Source: the human T2T-CHM13v2.0 reference genome, Homo sapiens
Reading direction: 5' to 3' (one strand)
NCBI RefSeq assembly: GCF_009914755.1
Contig: NC_060940.1
Length of the DNA: 64,000 nucleotides
The position numbers and the translations under genes are program-made. The notes under the pieces were generated by a model. The model did not search any database, was not told where the DNA came from, and was given only the letters and a program-made list of their open reading frames with translations. This document shows, piece by piece, positions 1-64,000 of the stretch; position 1 is the first letter of the stretch; each line of letters starts with the position of its first letter.

Positions 1-339
1 GCCAAATTTCTGTCCTTGGGGATGTACCATTTTAGTTCCTACCAACAATGTATGAGAGTGTGTGTTTCCTCACAGACTTGCTACAGAATGTGTTATAAAA
101 CTTTTGGATTTTAGCCAGTTCGATAGATGGAAAGTGATATTTCAGTATAACTTTAATTTACTTTTCTCTTATTATGAGCAAGATTGATCATATGTTCATG
201 TTTAAGGGCCATTTGCATTTCTTTTCCTATAAACTGTCTGTATCTTTTGCTCATGTAATGTTTTATACTCTTTGTTCACATTCGAATATATTATGAACAT
301 GTCATTAAATAATGTTCAGCATTTAATGGCTACAAAATA

Positions 340-520
340 TTCCATTGTTTATTCATTCAACAACAATTTATTAAACAGCTTTTACTTGTCAGGCTTTGTT
401 CCAGGCAAAGAGAATACAGCAGTGAACAAAACAAATCAATACCCCTGTTTTCTAGGTGCTTTGATTCTAGTTGGTAGAAAGACAATAAACAATAAACAAA
501 ATAAGTACTTCACATACATA
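340..520. mobile_element. L2 3'-end fragment
   Basis: tattcattcaacaa...tttatt...caggc...gaatacagcagtgaacaaaaca. Confidence 0.65.
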
Positions 521-2601
521 TAGTATGTTAGATAGAATTAGACCATAATTTACTCAACAAACACCTGTTATGGGACATGCATTTCTAATTTTACACTATT
601 ATAAATCATGCAGTATTGGACATAGTTATTATCAATTACATTTTGATTCCTTCTAATTTGTTTCTTACAAGGTATATTAGCTTTAGTTTTGAGGTCTGTT
701 GCTTGTATTTATATTTTCAAAAAAAAAATTTAGTTTATTTGACCTGGCTGATGTCCATATATATTTTCAAAATTTTATTATGGTTTTCTAAACAAATAGA
801 AAAGCTCGTGGCCAGGTGCAGTAGCTCATGCCTGTAATCCCAACACTTTGGGGAGGCTGAGGCGGGAGGATTGCTTGAGCCCAGGAGGTCAAGACCAGCC
901 TGGGCAACATAGTGAGACCCCCACATCTCTACAAAAGATGAAAAAATTAGTCAGGTGGGGTGGTATGCAACTGTGGTCCCAGCTACTGGAGAGGCTGAGA
1001 TGGGAGGACTGCTTGAGCCCAAGAATCAAAGGTACAGTGAATTGTGATTGCATCACTGCACCCCAGCCTGGGTGACAGAGCGAGACCCCCGTCTCAAAAA
1101 GAAAAAGAAAAAAAGAAAAGTTGAAAGAATTATATGGCGAACACCCTTATACACATCATTTAGATTCCACAATTCACATTTTATTATATTTGCTTGATCA
1201 CATTTCTATCCATTTATCCATGCATCAACTCATGTTTTCTCTTTTTTTGATGCGTTCAAAGTAAGTTGCAGATATCAGTACATTTTAGCCATAAACACTT
1301 CAGCATTGTAACATTAACTAGAGTTTAATATTTATTTGGGTTTTTTGTAGTTCATTTGTTTTAGGTAAAATTTATATACAATGAAATGCACAAATAATAC
1401 ATACATCATTCAGTGAGTTTTAAAAATGCATGTACTTGGCTGAGGCATGAGAATCACTTGAACCCAGGAGACAGGGTTTGCAGTGATCTGAGATCACACC
1501 ACTGCACTCTAGCCTGGGTGACAGAGCGAGACTCTGTCTAAAAAAAAAAAAAAAGCATATACTTTTGTCATTGAAACCCCTGTCAAGATACACATTGTTA
1601 CTTCCAGGTGAGAAAAGGAAAAAAAAAAGAAACCTAAAGAAAAAACAGATATGCATCATTACTATTATCCCAGAAAGTTCCCTTCTGCCCTTTCACAATC
1701 ATTTCCCACTCCTGCTCCCCTAGAGATAACTGGTTCTAGGTTTTTTAACCCGTAGATTAGTTTTGCCTATTCTAGAATTTAATATAAACAAGAAACATCT
1801 TTTTGGCTATGTGGGCTGTTTCCAGTTTTGGGGTATTATGAATAGTGCTGCTATGAACATTCTTGTACAAGTCTTTGTTATGAAAATGTATATTGTGTAT
1901 TAATTTTTCTTGGACAAGTATGTTAGAGTGGAATTGCTGGATTATAGGGTAGGTATATGTTTGGTTTTCTAAGAAACTGCCAGACCAACTGAGCTTTGAT
2001 CATGTCATACTTCTGCCAACAGTGTATGAGAGTTCCAGTTGCTTCACGTCATTTGGTAGTGTCAATCTTTGTAAATTTTAACCATTCCAGTGTATGTAGT
2101 GGTATCTCATTGTGGTTTTAATTTTCATTTCCCTAATAATTAATGATATTGAGCATCTTTTCATATGCAGTTGGTCATTTGAATAACTTCTTTTTTGAAG
2201 TATCTGAATAATTGTCCATTTTTTTAAAAAATAGTTTGTTTTATTGAGCTATAAACTGTTTTCATATATTCAGGATCAATGCGTTTGTCATATATATGTA
2301 CTGCAAACATTTTCTCCCTATCTGTGGCTTGCCTTTTCATTTTTAGAACTGTATATTTTGAAAATAAGTTTTAAATTTTGATGAAGTCCAGTTTTTTTCC
2401 TTTTGGCTCATGCTTTTTATGTTTTAAGAATTCTGTCTGGGCACAGTGGCTCACACCTATAATCCCAGCACTTTAAGAGGCAGAGGCGGAAGAATTGCTT
2501 AAGCATAGGAGTTCAAGACCAGCCTGGGCAACATAGTGAGACCTCATCTCTATAAATAATTAGTCAAGCATGGTGGCACACAATTGTAATCCTAGCTACT
2601 A

Positions 2602-2808
<207 letters not shown>

Positions 2809-3351
2809 TTATAGTTTAGATTTTGTATTTATGATCTGTTTTGGGTTAATTTTGGTGTGTGGTGTGAATTAAAGGTCAAAGTTTTTTTTTTTTTTTTTCC
2901 CCATGTGGATATCCAGTTGTTCCAACCTCATTTGGTAAAGGAATTTTCTTTCCCAGTTGTATTGATTTCATATCTTTATTGAAGATCAAATAGCCATATA
3001 AGTGTGGGACTGTTTCTGGGTTCCCAATTCTGTTTTACCAATCTACCTAACAGTCCTTATGCCAGTACCACATTGTCTTTAATTTCTGTAGTTCTATAGT
3101 AAGTTGGGTAGTATAAGTTCTCTAACATTGTTCTTGACTGTTCTGGGTCTTATAGGTTTCTATATAAATTTTTTAATCAGTTTGTCAATTTCTGCAAAAA
3201 GGTCTGTTGAGATTCTTATTGTAATTGCGTTGACTTTATAGATCAATTTGTGGACAATTGCCATCTTTTTTCTTTTTTTTTTTCCAAGACAGAGTCTTGC
3301 TCTGTCACCCAGGTTGGAGTCCAATGGCGTGATCTCAGCTTACTGCAACTA

Positions 3352-3507
<156 letters not shown>

Positions 3508-3549
3508 TCAGTGTAGAGAGTTTGTATATTTTGTGTTAAATTTATCCTA

Positions 3550-3856
<307 letters not shown>

Positions 3857-4041
3857 TTAAATTTCAGCCGGGCGTGGTGGTGCATGCCTGTAATCCCAGC
3901 ACTTTGGGAGGCTGAGGCAGGTGGATCACCTGGTCAGGAGTTTGAGACCAGCCTGGCCAACATGGTGGAACCCGATCTCTACTAAAAATACAAAAAAATT
4001 AGCCAAGCATTATTACGGGTGCCTGTAATCCCAGCTATTCA

Positions 4042-4167
<126 letters not shown>

Positions 4168-5090
4168 TCATTTTCTCATTTTTGCTGCAAATATAAAATA
4201 AAATGTCTTTTTTTGTTTTTTAATTTTTGTTTTATTGCTTGTATTCTGTGAACTTGCTAAATTAATTTATTAGTTCTAGTAGTTGTTTTATAGAGTCCTT
4301 AGGGCTTTTTACATAAACAATGATTCCATCTGTGAATATAAACAATTTTGCTTCTTCCTTTCTGCTCTTGTATGTCTTTTATTGCTGCTTTTGACCTATT
4401 TCAATGACAAAGATTTTCAGTAATATGTTGAATAGAAGTGAGAATAGACATCCTGTGTTTATTTTACTTCACCACTAAGTATGATGGTAACTGTAGGTTT
4501 GTCCGTGGATACCCTTTATCAGATCGTAGAAGTTCCCTTTTATTCTTAATTTGTGTCATGAACGAGTGTTGAATTTTGTCAAATGCTTTTTCTGCGTTTG
4601 TTGAAATGATCACGTGGGTTTTCTCCTTATACTGTTAATAAGATGAATCACACTGATTGAGTGTCAAGTGTTAAGCCAACTATGTATTCCTGGCATAAAC
4701 CACACTTGGTAATGAAGTATTATTCTTTTCTATATCACTGCATTTGATTTGCTAATATTTAAGCATTTTTAAAAGTTATTAATAGATTCCGTTTTTTAGA
4801 ACAGCTTTTGGTTTATAGAATATTTGAGCAGAAAGTACAGAGTTCCCATATACTCCCTTCCCTACCCCAAACCTAGTTTCCCCATTAACATCTTGCATTA
4901 GTGTACTACATTTGTTACAACTGATAAACCAATGTTGATACATTGTTATTAACTGAAGTAATAGTTTATATTAGGGTTCACTGTTTGTGTTATATAATTT
5001 TATGAGTTTTGACAAATGCATAATATCATATATCCATCATTATAGTCTCATACAGTATAGTTTCACCTCCCTAAAAAACCATGCTTCCTT

Positions 5091-5395
5091 GGCCAGGCGC
5101 GGTGGCTCATGCCTGTAATCCCAGCACTTTGGGAGGCTAAGGTGGGCGGATCACGAGGTCAGGAGATCGAGACCGTCCTGGCTAACACGGTGAAACCCCA
5201 TCTCTACTAAAAATACAAAAAATTAGCCAGGCATGGTGGCGGGCCCCTGTAGTCCCAGCTACTCAGGAGGCTGAGGCCGGAGAATGGCCTGAACCCAGGA
5301 GGCGGAGTTTGCAGTGAGCCAAGATCGCACCGCTGCACTCCAGCCTGGGCGACAGAGCGAGACTGTCTCAAATAAAAAACAAAAACAAAAACAAA
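5091..5395 (+). mobile_element. AluY
   Basis: gatcacgaggtcaggagatcgagacc, ggctaacacggtg, agaatggc. TSD aaaaccatgct. Confidence 0.85.
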
Positions 5396-6293
5396 AACCA
5401 TGCTCCACATATTCTTTCCTGCCCCATCCCTGATCTCTTGGCTACTCCTGATCTTTTTACTGTCTCTATAGTTTTGCCTCCTCCAGAATGTCATGTAGTT
5501 GGAATTATACAGAATACAGCTCTTCAGACTGGCTTCTTTCACTTAGAATTATGCATTTAAGGGTCCTCCATGTCTTTTGTGGCTTGATAGCTTATTTCTT
5601 TTTATCACTGATTAATATTCTGTTGTCTGAGTGTAGCACAGTTTATCCATTCTTTTTTTTTTTCTTTCTAAAAAAAAATCCTTTCACCTTTTGAAGATCA
5701 TCTTGGTTGCTCCCAGTTTTTTGGTAATTATAAATAAAGCTACTGTAAACATACATATGCAGTTTTTTTGTGTGGACATAAGTTTTCAACTCATTTGGAT
5801 AAATACCCAGGAGCACAATTGCTGGATCGTATGTTTAACTTTGTAAGAAACTGCCAAACTGTCTTCCAAAGTGGCTATACTATTTTGCATTCCCACCAGC
5901 AATGAATGAGAGTTCCTGTTGCTCCACATCCTTGTCAGCATTTAATGTTGTCAGTGTCCTGGATTTTGGCCATTCTAATAGGTATATAATGGTATCTGGC
6001 TGTTGTTTTAATTTGCATTTCCCTAATGACATATGATATTGGGCATCTTTTCATATGCTTGTTTGCCATGTGTACTATTTTATAAGTTTAGGTTTTTAAG
6101 TAAGGATTATTAAGTTTAGATTAATGAGGGATATTGATCAGTAATTTTCTTTTTTGTGATTTTATCAGGGTCAGGTTTTGGGATGAGTATTCTAATGACC
6201 TCTCAAAATAAATTGAACAATATTCCTTCTTTATTTTCTGAAAGAGTTTGGGTAACCTTGATGTTATTTCTTCCTTAAATGATTCATCAGTGA

Positions 6294-6635
<342 letters not shown>

Positions 6636-7388
6636 TAGGTAACAAATTTAACTATCTAATACATATAGGGTTATTTAGGGTTTTTATTTTTGTCTTGTGA
6701 CAGTTTTGATAAGTTGTACTTTTCAAGGAATATTTTCATTTCACGTATATTGTTTGGTTTTTGGCATAATGTTCATTAATTTCTCAGTTGTGCTTTAAAC
6801 CTTCTTTCTTTTCTTTCACTGCAGCCTCTATGTCCCAGGCTTAAGCAGTCCCTCTACCTCAGCCCCCTGAGTAGCTGAGACCACAGGTGTGCACCACCAC
6901 ACTTGGCTATTTTTTTTTTAATGTTTTTAGAGACGGGCTCTCCCTACATTGCCCAGGCTGATCTCAAACTCCTGGGCTCAAGCGATCCTCCTGCCTTGGC
7001 CTCCCAAAGTACTGAGACTACAGATGTCAGCCACTGTGCCTGGTCCTTTTTACTTTTCTGATATAAGCTTTACAGCTATAAATGTCTCTATAAGCATTGC
7101 TTTAGTTATATCCAACAAATATTGATGTTTTTCGTTAGCATTCAGTTGGAAATCTTGTAATTTCTTTTTTGACCGTAGATTATTTTAGAAGTACATTGTT
7201 TAATTTCCAAACATTTAAGGCTTTTTGGATGTTTTGTTGTTAATACTTTCTGTCTTAATGCCATTGTAGTCAGAGAACATACTTGATAGGAAATAGATAT
7301 CTGTTGAAAATACATATTCTGGGGGGAAACGATGTGGTTAAATTAATGTTTGAGCCCTGTGTCCATATTTTGTGATCTTCCTCACTAG

Positions 7389-7589
<201 letters not shown>

Positions 7590-7983
7590 TAGCCAGCTGA
7601 TTCTTTTAGTTGTTTTAGAAATGGGGTCTCACTGTGTCGCCCAGGCTGGTCTTGAACTCCTAGGCTTATGCAACCATCCCACTTTGGCCTCCCAAAGTGC
7701 TGGGATTACAGGCATGAGCTGCCGCACCTGGCCAGAGCCTTTGTTCTGTTCAGTGCTTTATCCCCAGCACCTAGAACAGCTGGACTGAGTGCATGTTCTA
7801 TGGTAAATGTTCAGCTTTTATATTTCTGTTCTGGCTACAATTTAAGCCCAGTAAGATGATTAAGACCTGGTCTCTGCCCTAAAAACATGTGGGGAATAGA
7901 AACAAACTAGATGAACTGTAACGTTAGTACACTACTCCAATTACATGCAAAGTGCTGTGGGAAGGCAGAAAATGTGGTCTTAA

Positions 7984-57724
<49,741 letters not shown>

Positions 57725-57726
57725 TA

Positions 57727-58105
57727 AAAATGTTGCTGAGAGTGTGATTTGATGACACCTGGATCATGAGGTGTTTCCTGGAATGCTGGTTAAATATGGA
57801 AACTACACAGCCCACACCAGGCCACTGAATCCAAAACGTTCCAGTGTCCTGAGACTCCACACGTTTAACAAGCTCCCGAGGTGATTCTCATGCAAGTAAA
57901 ATTTTGTCTTAAATGTTTATATATTATGTTATAGTAGTTTTCAACTTTGGGTGCAAAACAAGTTATCTGGGATCTTTTTCAATATATTGATAGCCAGCCC
58001 ACGTTTAGAGATTCTGATTCAGCATGTCTGCATTAGAGCCCGGGCATCTTCGTCCTACTCAAGCTCCATGGATGATCTAAGGTGTATCAAAACTTGAAAA
58101 TGATT
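57727..58105. mobile_element. Two adjacent MER5-like (hAT-Charlie) DNA-transposon fossils
   Basis: tttaacaagctcccgaggtgattctcatgc; agtagttttcaactttg...agagattctgattcag...aagctcc...ttgaaaatgatta. Confidence 0.55.
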
Positions 58106-58854
58106 ATACACTCAACTTGAAGAAATCACTAATAATAATGAGATCACCTTGAATTTCATTATGGGTCCTGTAACTCACAGCTTATCTCCACAACATTCTC
58201 TTAAGTTTTAAGATGTTTTAAAAAATGCTTTTAGAGGAGTATCACTATGCGAGTCAGTGTCTGAATTGTATTGGCTCAGACATTATTTTTCCCACCTTTA
58301 AAAAAGATAGGAAATAAAAGTAATAAAGCAAAGGCAGTACAGTTGCCAGATTTTACCACTTAACCAGAATTAGTTGTAGCTTGGTTGGTCAATAGGCAGT
58401 TGTAAGATGGCATGATTGTCACGCTTAAATCTGATTCTCCAGCTCTTTGTATGGTCGTCATTGTCATCTGCCTTCGGGTGTTGCTAAGCAGCATTTCACT
58501 ATAGCTCCTGCTGAGAAAATTTGCAGCTGCCTGTCAGCTCTGACTTACCGTGCCTGTTTAATGAGAATTATGCTCATGATTTCTTTCCTGGCCTCTTATT
58601 CTTTCAGTTCACTGACCCCGTGTTACTCAGTAGGGTGATTTGTTTCTCCTGTGTTTATATCCATTCTCTGGACACTTCTTCATCCAGACCTTATGTTTTT
58701 GTCTCAGGATGCTAGTTGGAAGGGGAAATGGTCTAAAAATTGATATGACTTGAGCTTTTGCACTTAGCTCCCTTTACTCCTAATTAAGGAACAATGGTGT
58801 CAGGCTGGTAGAAAAATGATTTGTCCCATTAAATTATCCTTCAGCTAAGGTTAA

Positions 58855-60470
<1,616 letters not shown>

Positions 60471-61077
60471 ATTACGTCTTGGCAGGGTGCTATGGCTCAC
60501 GCCTGTAATCTTAGCACTTTGGGAGTCTGAAGCAGGAGGATTGCCTGAGCCCACGAGTTCGAGACCAGCCTGGGCAACATGGCAAAACCTCACCTCTACT
60601 GAAAATACAAAAACTAGACCGGGTGCAGTGGCTCACGCCTGGAATCCCAGCACTTTGGGAGGCTGAGGTGGGCAGATCACTTGAGGCCAGGAGTTTGAGA
60701 CCAGCCTGGCCAACATGGTGAAATCCCATCTCTACTAAAAATACAAAAAATTAGCCAGGCATTGTGGCACGTGCCTATAATCCCAACTACTGGGAGGCTG
60801 AAGCAGGAGAATTGCGTGAACTTGGGAGGTGGAGGTTGCAGTGAGCCGAGATCGCACCACTGCACTGCGCTTCAGGCTGGGTAACAAGAGCAAAACTCCG
60901 TCTCAAAAAACAAAAAACATTTAAACAACAGGGAAGTTCATAATGTAAAAAATAGGGACTTCTGGTGAAAGACAGTGTACTGAACACGTTTATCTGCTCC
61001 CTCTGGAAGCCACAGGGACCAACAGAGCAGGAGAGAAGAGACCTAAAAGGTAATAGCCGACCAGGTGTGGTGGCTCA

Positions 61078-61401
<324 letters not shown>

Positions 61402-61693
61402 TCACTGCAGCCTTCCACCCAATGGGTTCAAGCAATCCTCCCACCTTAGCCTCTCAAATAGCTGGGACTACAGGCATGCACCACCATGCCCAGCTAATTG
61501 TTTTTTTTGTTTTTGTTTTTGTTTTTTTTGTAGAGATGGGGTCTCACTGTATTGCCCAGGCCAGTCTGGGCCCTAGTAGCTGATCTAGCAACTTGAGAAA
61601 CTGGAAATCTAGATGTCTGCATGTGGAGAAGCCAAGAAGCACACTACTATACCTCAATAAAATTATTAATTTTTTTTTTTTTTTTTTTTTTGA

Positions 61694-61801
<108 letters not shown>

Positions 61802-61824
61802 TAGCTAGGATTATAGGCACCTGA

Positions 61825-61986
<162 letters not shown>

Positions 61987-62445
61987 TGAAAAGAAAAATA
62001 AGAAAAAAAGGAGCAGGCTCCTTTTTACTGCAGAACCCTGGATGGACAGGAAGCACCAGATAAGCTCTAAAAATGGAGTTGAATTTAGAGCTTAAAACAG
62101 TTTGAAAGGCTGTATAGGATTCAGTAAATCCCTTCATTCGTTTCTTCCCTTTGTACAACCACCTCCACTTCCCAGCGAAAGACTGGAGGTTTACTCTTAA
62201 GAGATGTTGAGCCCAAGGGACTCTGAACTGGGTGGGAGAGGAGAACTGAAAAATAGGAGGTATAAATTGAAGTCTGCATCCTCAACAATGAGGCCTCCAC
62301 CCCTTCCACTCAGGTGTCAGAGTCTTGGCAGCAGGTTTAGACGCCCCCATAGGACTACTGTGAGGATTAAATGTGTTAATACCTGTAACATGTTCAGAAT
62401 TGTGCTTGGTAAATAGTGAATGTTTAATATTATTATTATTTTTGA

Positions 62446-62727
<282 letters not shown>

Positions 62728-63217
62728 TAATGTTATTAACAAACTAAACAGTTTATTATTAAACCAAACTAAAAGTGGTTGCTTCTGTAGAGCCTGAATC
62801 AGATGGGAAGAAATGATGTCGGGCACTGCTATTTTTCACTATAAGCTTTCAGGAATATTTGGCTTTTAAAATTATGTACATTTATAAGAAGTTTTAAGTA
62901 AAAAGTAAAGGTCTGTCCCCACTGTCCACAACATATATAAATTTTAGAACAGGCTTCAGTCACACACCTATTCTTGTGGCTGGAAGCCCCACCAAAATCA
63001 CAGGAAATGTATAGTAGGGGGAGGAGCTGCTGTCCAAATGGGTAGGGGGTTTTGGGGTTAACACAAAGAATGTTTGGCAGAAAGGCTACTTCATAGATGG
63101 CAATGATTGTTGGCTATCTCTTTACAGTTAACAGTTCCCTGGGTTTTTTTTTTTTTAAACATACATACAAACATAGAAAGTGTCTATTTTAGTAATAGGA
63201 TCATACTACTTGTTTTG

Positions 63218-63497
<280 letters not shown>

Positions 63498-64000
63498 CTA
63501 GTTGAGTAATTTAGGAATGCTTTATATATTTTTTGTTACTGTTGTTAGAGACAGGGTCTCACTCTTTGTTGCCCAGGCTGGAGTGCAATGGCTAAATCAC
63601 AGCTCACTGCAAACTTGAACTCCTTGGCTCATGCAATCCTCCCACCTCAGCTTCCTGGGTAGCCAGGACTACAGATGTGTGCCACTGTGCCTGGCTAATT
63701 TTTTAATTTTTTCTAGAGACAGGGTCTCACTTTGTTGCCAGGCTAGTCTTGAACTCCTGGCCTAAAGTGATCTCCTGCCTTGGCCTCCCAAAGTATTAGG
63801 TTACAGGCGTTAGCCACTGTGCCCAGCTAAGGAGTGCTTTAGAAGACTCCCTGGAGGCAACATAGTTGGCCCAAGATAGTAGAAACAGTTTCTACCTAGT
63901 TTCTCTAGAAAGCGCTAGTGTCCTTATCTTCTAGTATGAATAAAATCTTAGGGATGGAGGAGGTGGTGAAAACTGCCTTAAACAGCATTGTTCATTTCAG

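Overview
Human (primate) genomic DNA lying entirely inside one plus-strand gene, TANGO6 (TMCO7), a HEAT/ARM-repeat homologue of yeast Rtp1. Ten GT-AG coding exons (641, 117, 142, 137, 163, 83, 113, 177, 133 and 192 nt; 1,898 nt in total) splice into one uninterrupted frame. It matches my recollection of TANGO6 residues ~32-664, i.e. exons 2-11. The first exon, the promoter and the 3' exons lie outside the window. The introns are very repeat-rich: about 90 Alu copies or fragments by manual count, including a human-specific AluYb8 and a fossil FAM, plus old L1M, L2, MIR and MER5-like pieces, a Y3 RNA pseudogene and a BC200 retrocopy. Almost all ORFs in the supplied track are Alu, L1 or low-complexity artefacts. 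I see no prokaryotic system, CRISPR array or novel protein-coding gene. The most interesting unexplained structures are: (i) an almost completely deleted antisense Alu that leaves a T25-ACAG|G decoy acceptor 74 nt upstream of exon 4; (ii) a ~160-bp, ~89%-identical, exon-like duplication flanking exon 3, with a hairpin at one junction; (iii) several collapsed inverted-Alu fold-backs; (iv) a perfect 27-bp triplication born inside an Alu. Repeat subfamily calls and exon numbers are from memory, not from a database search.
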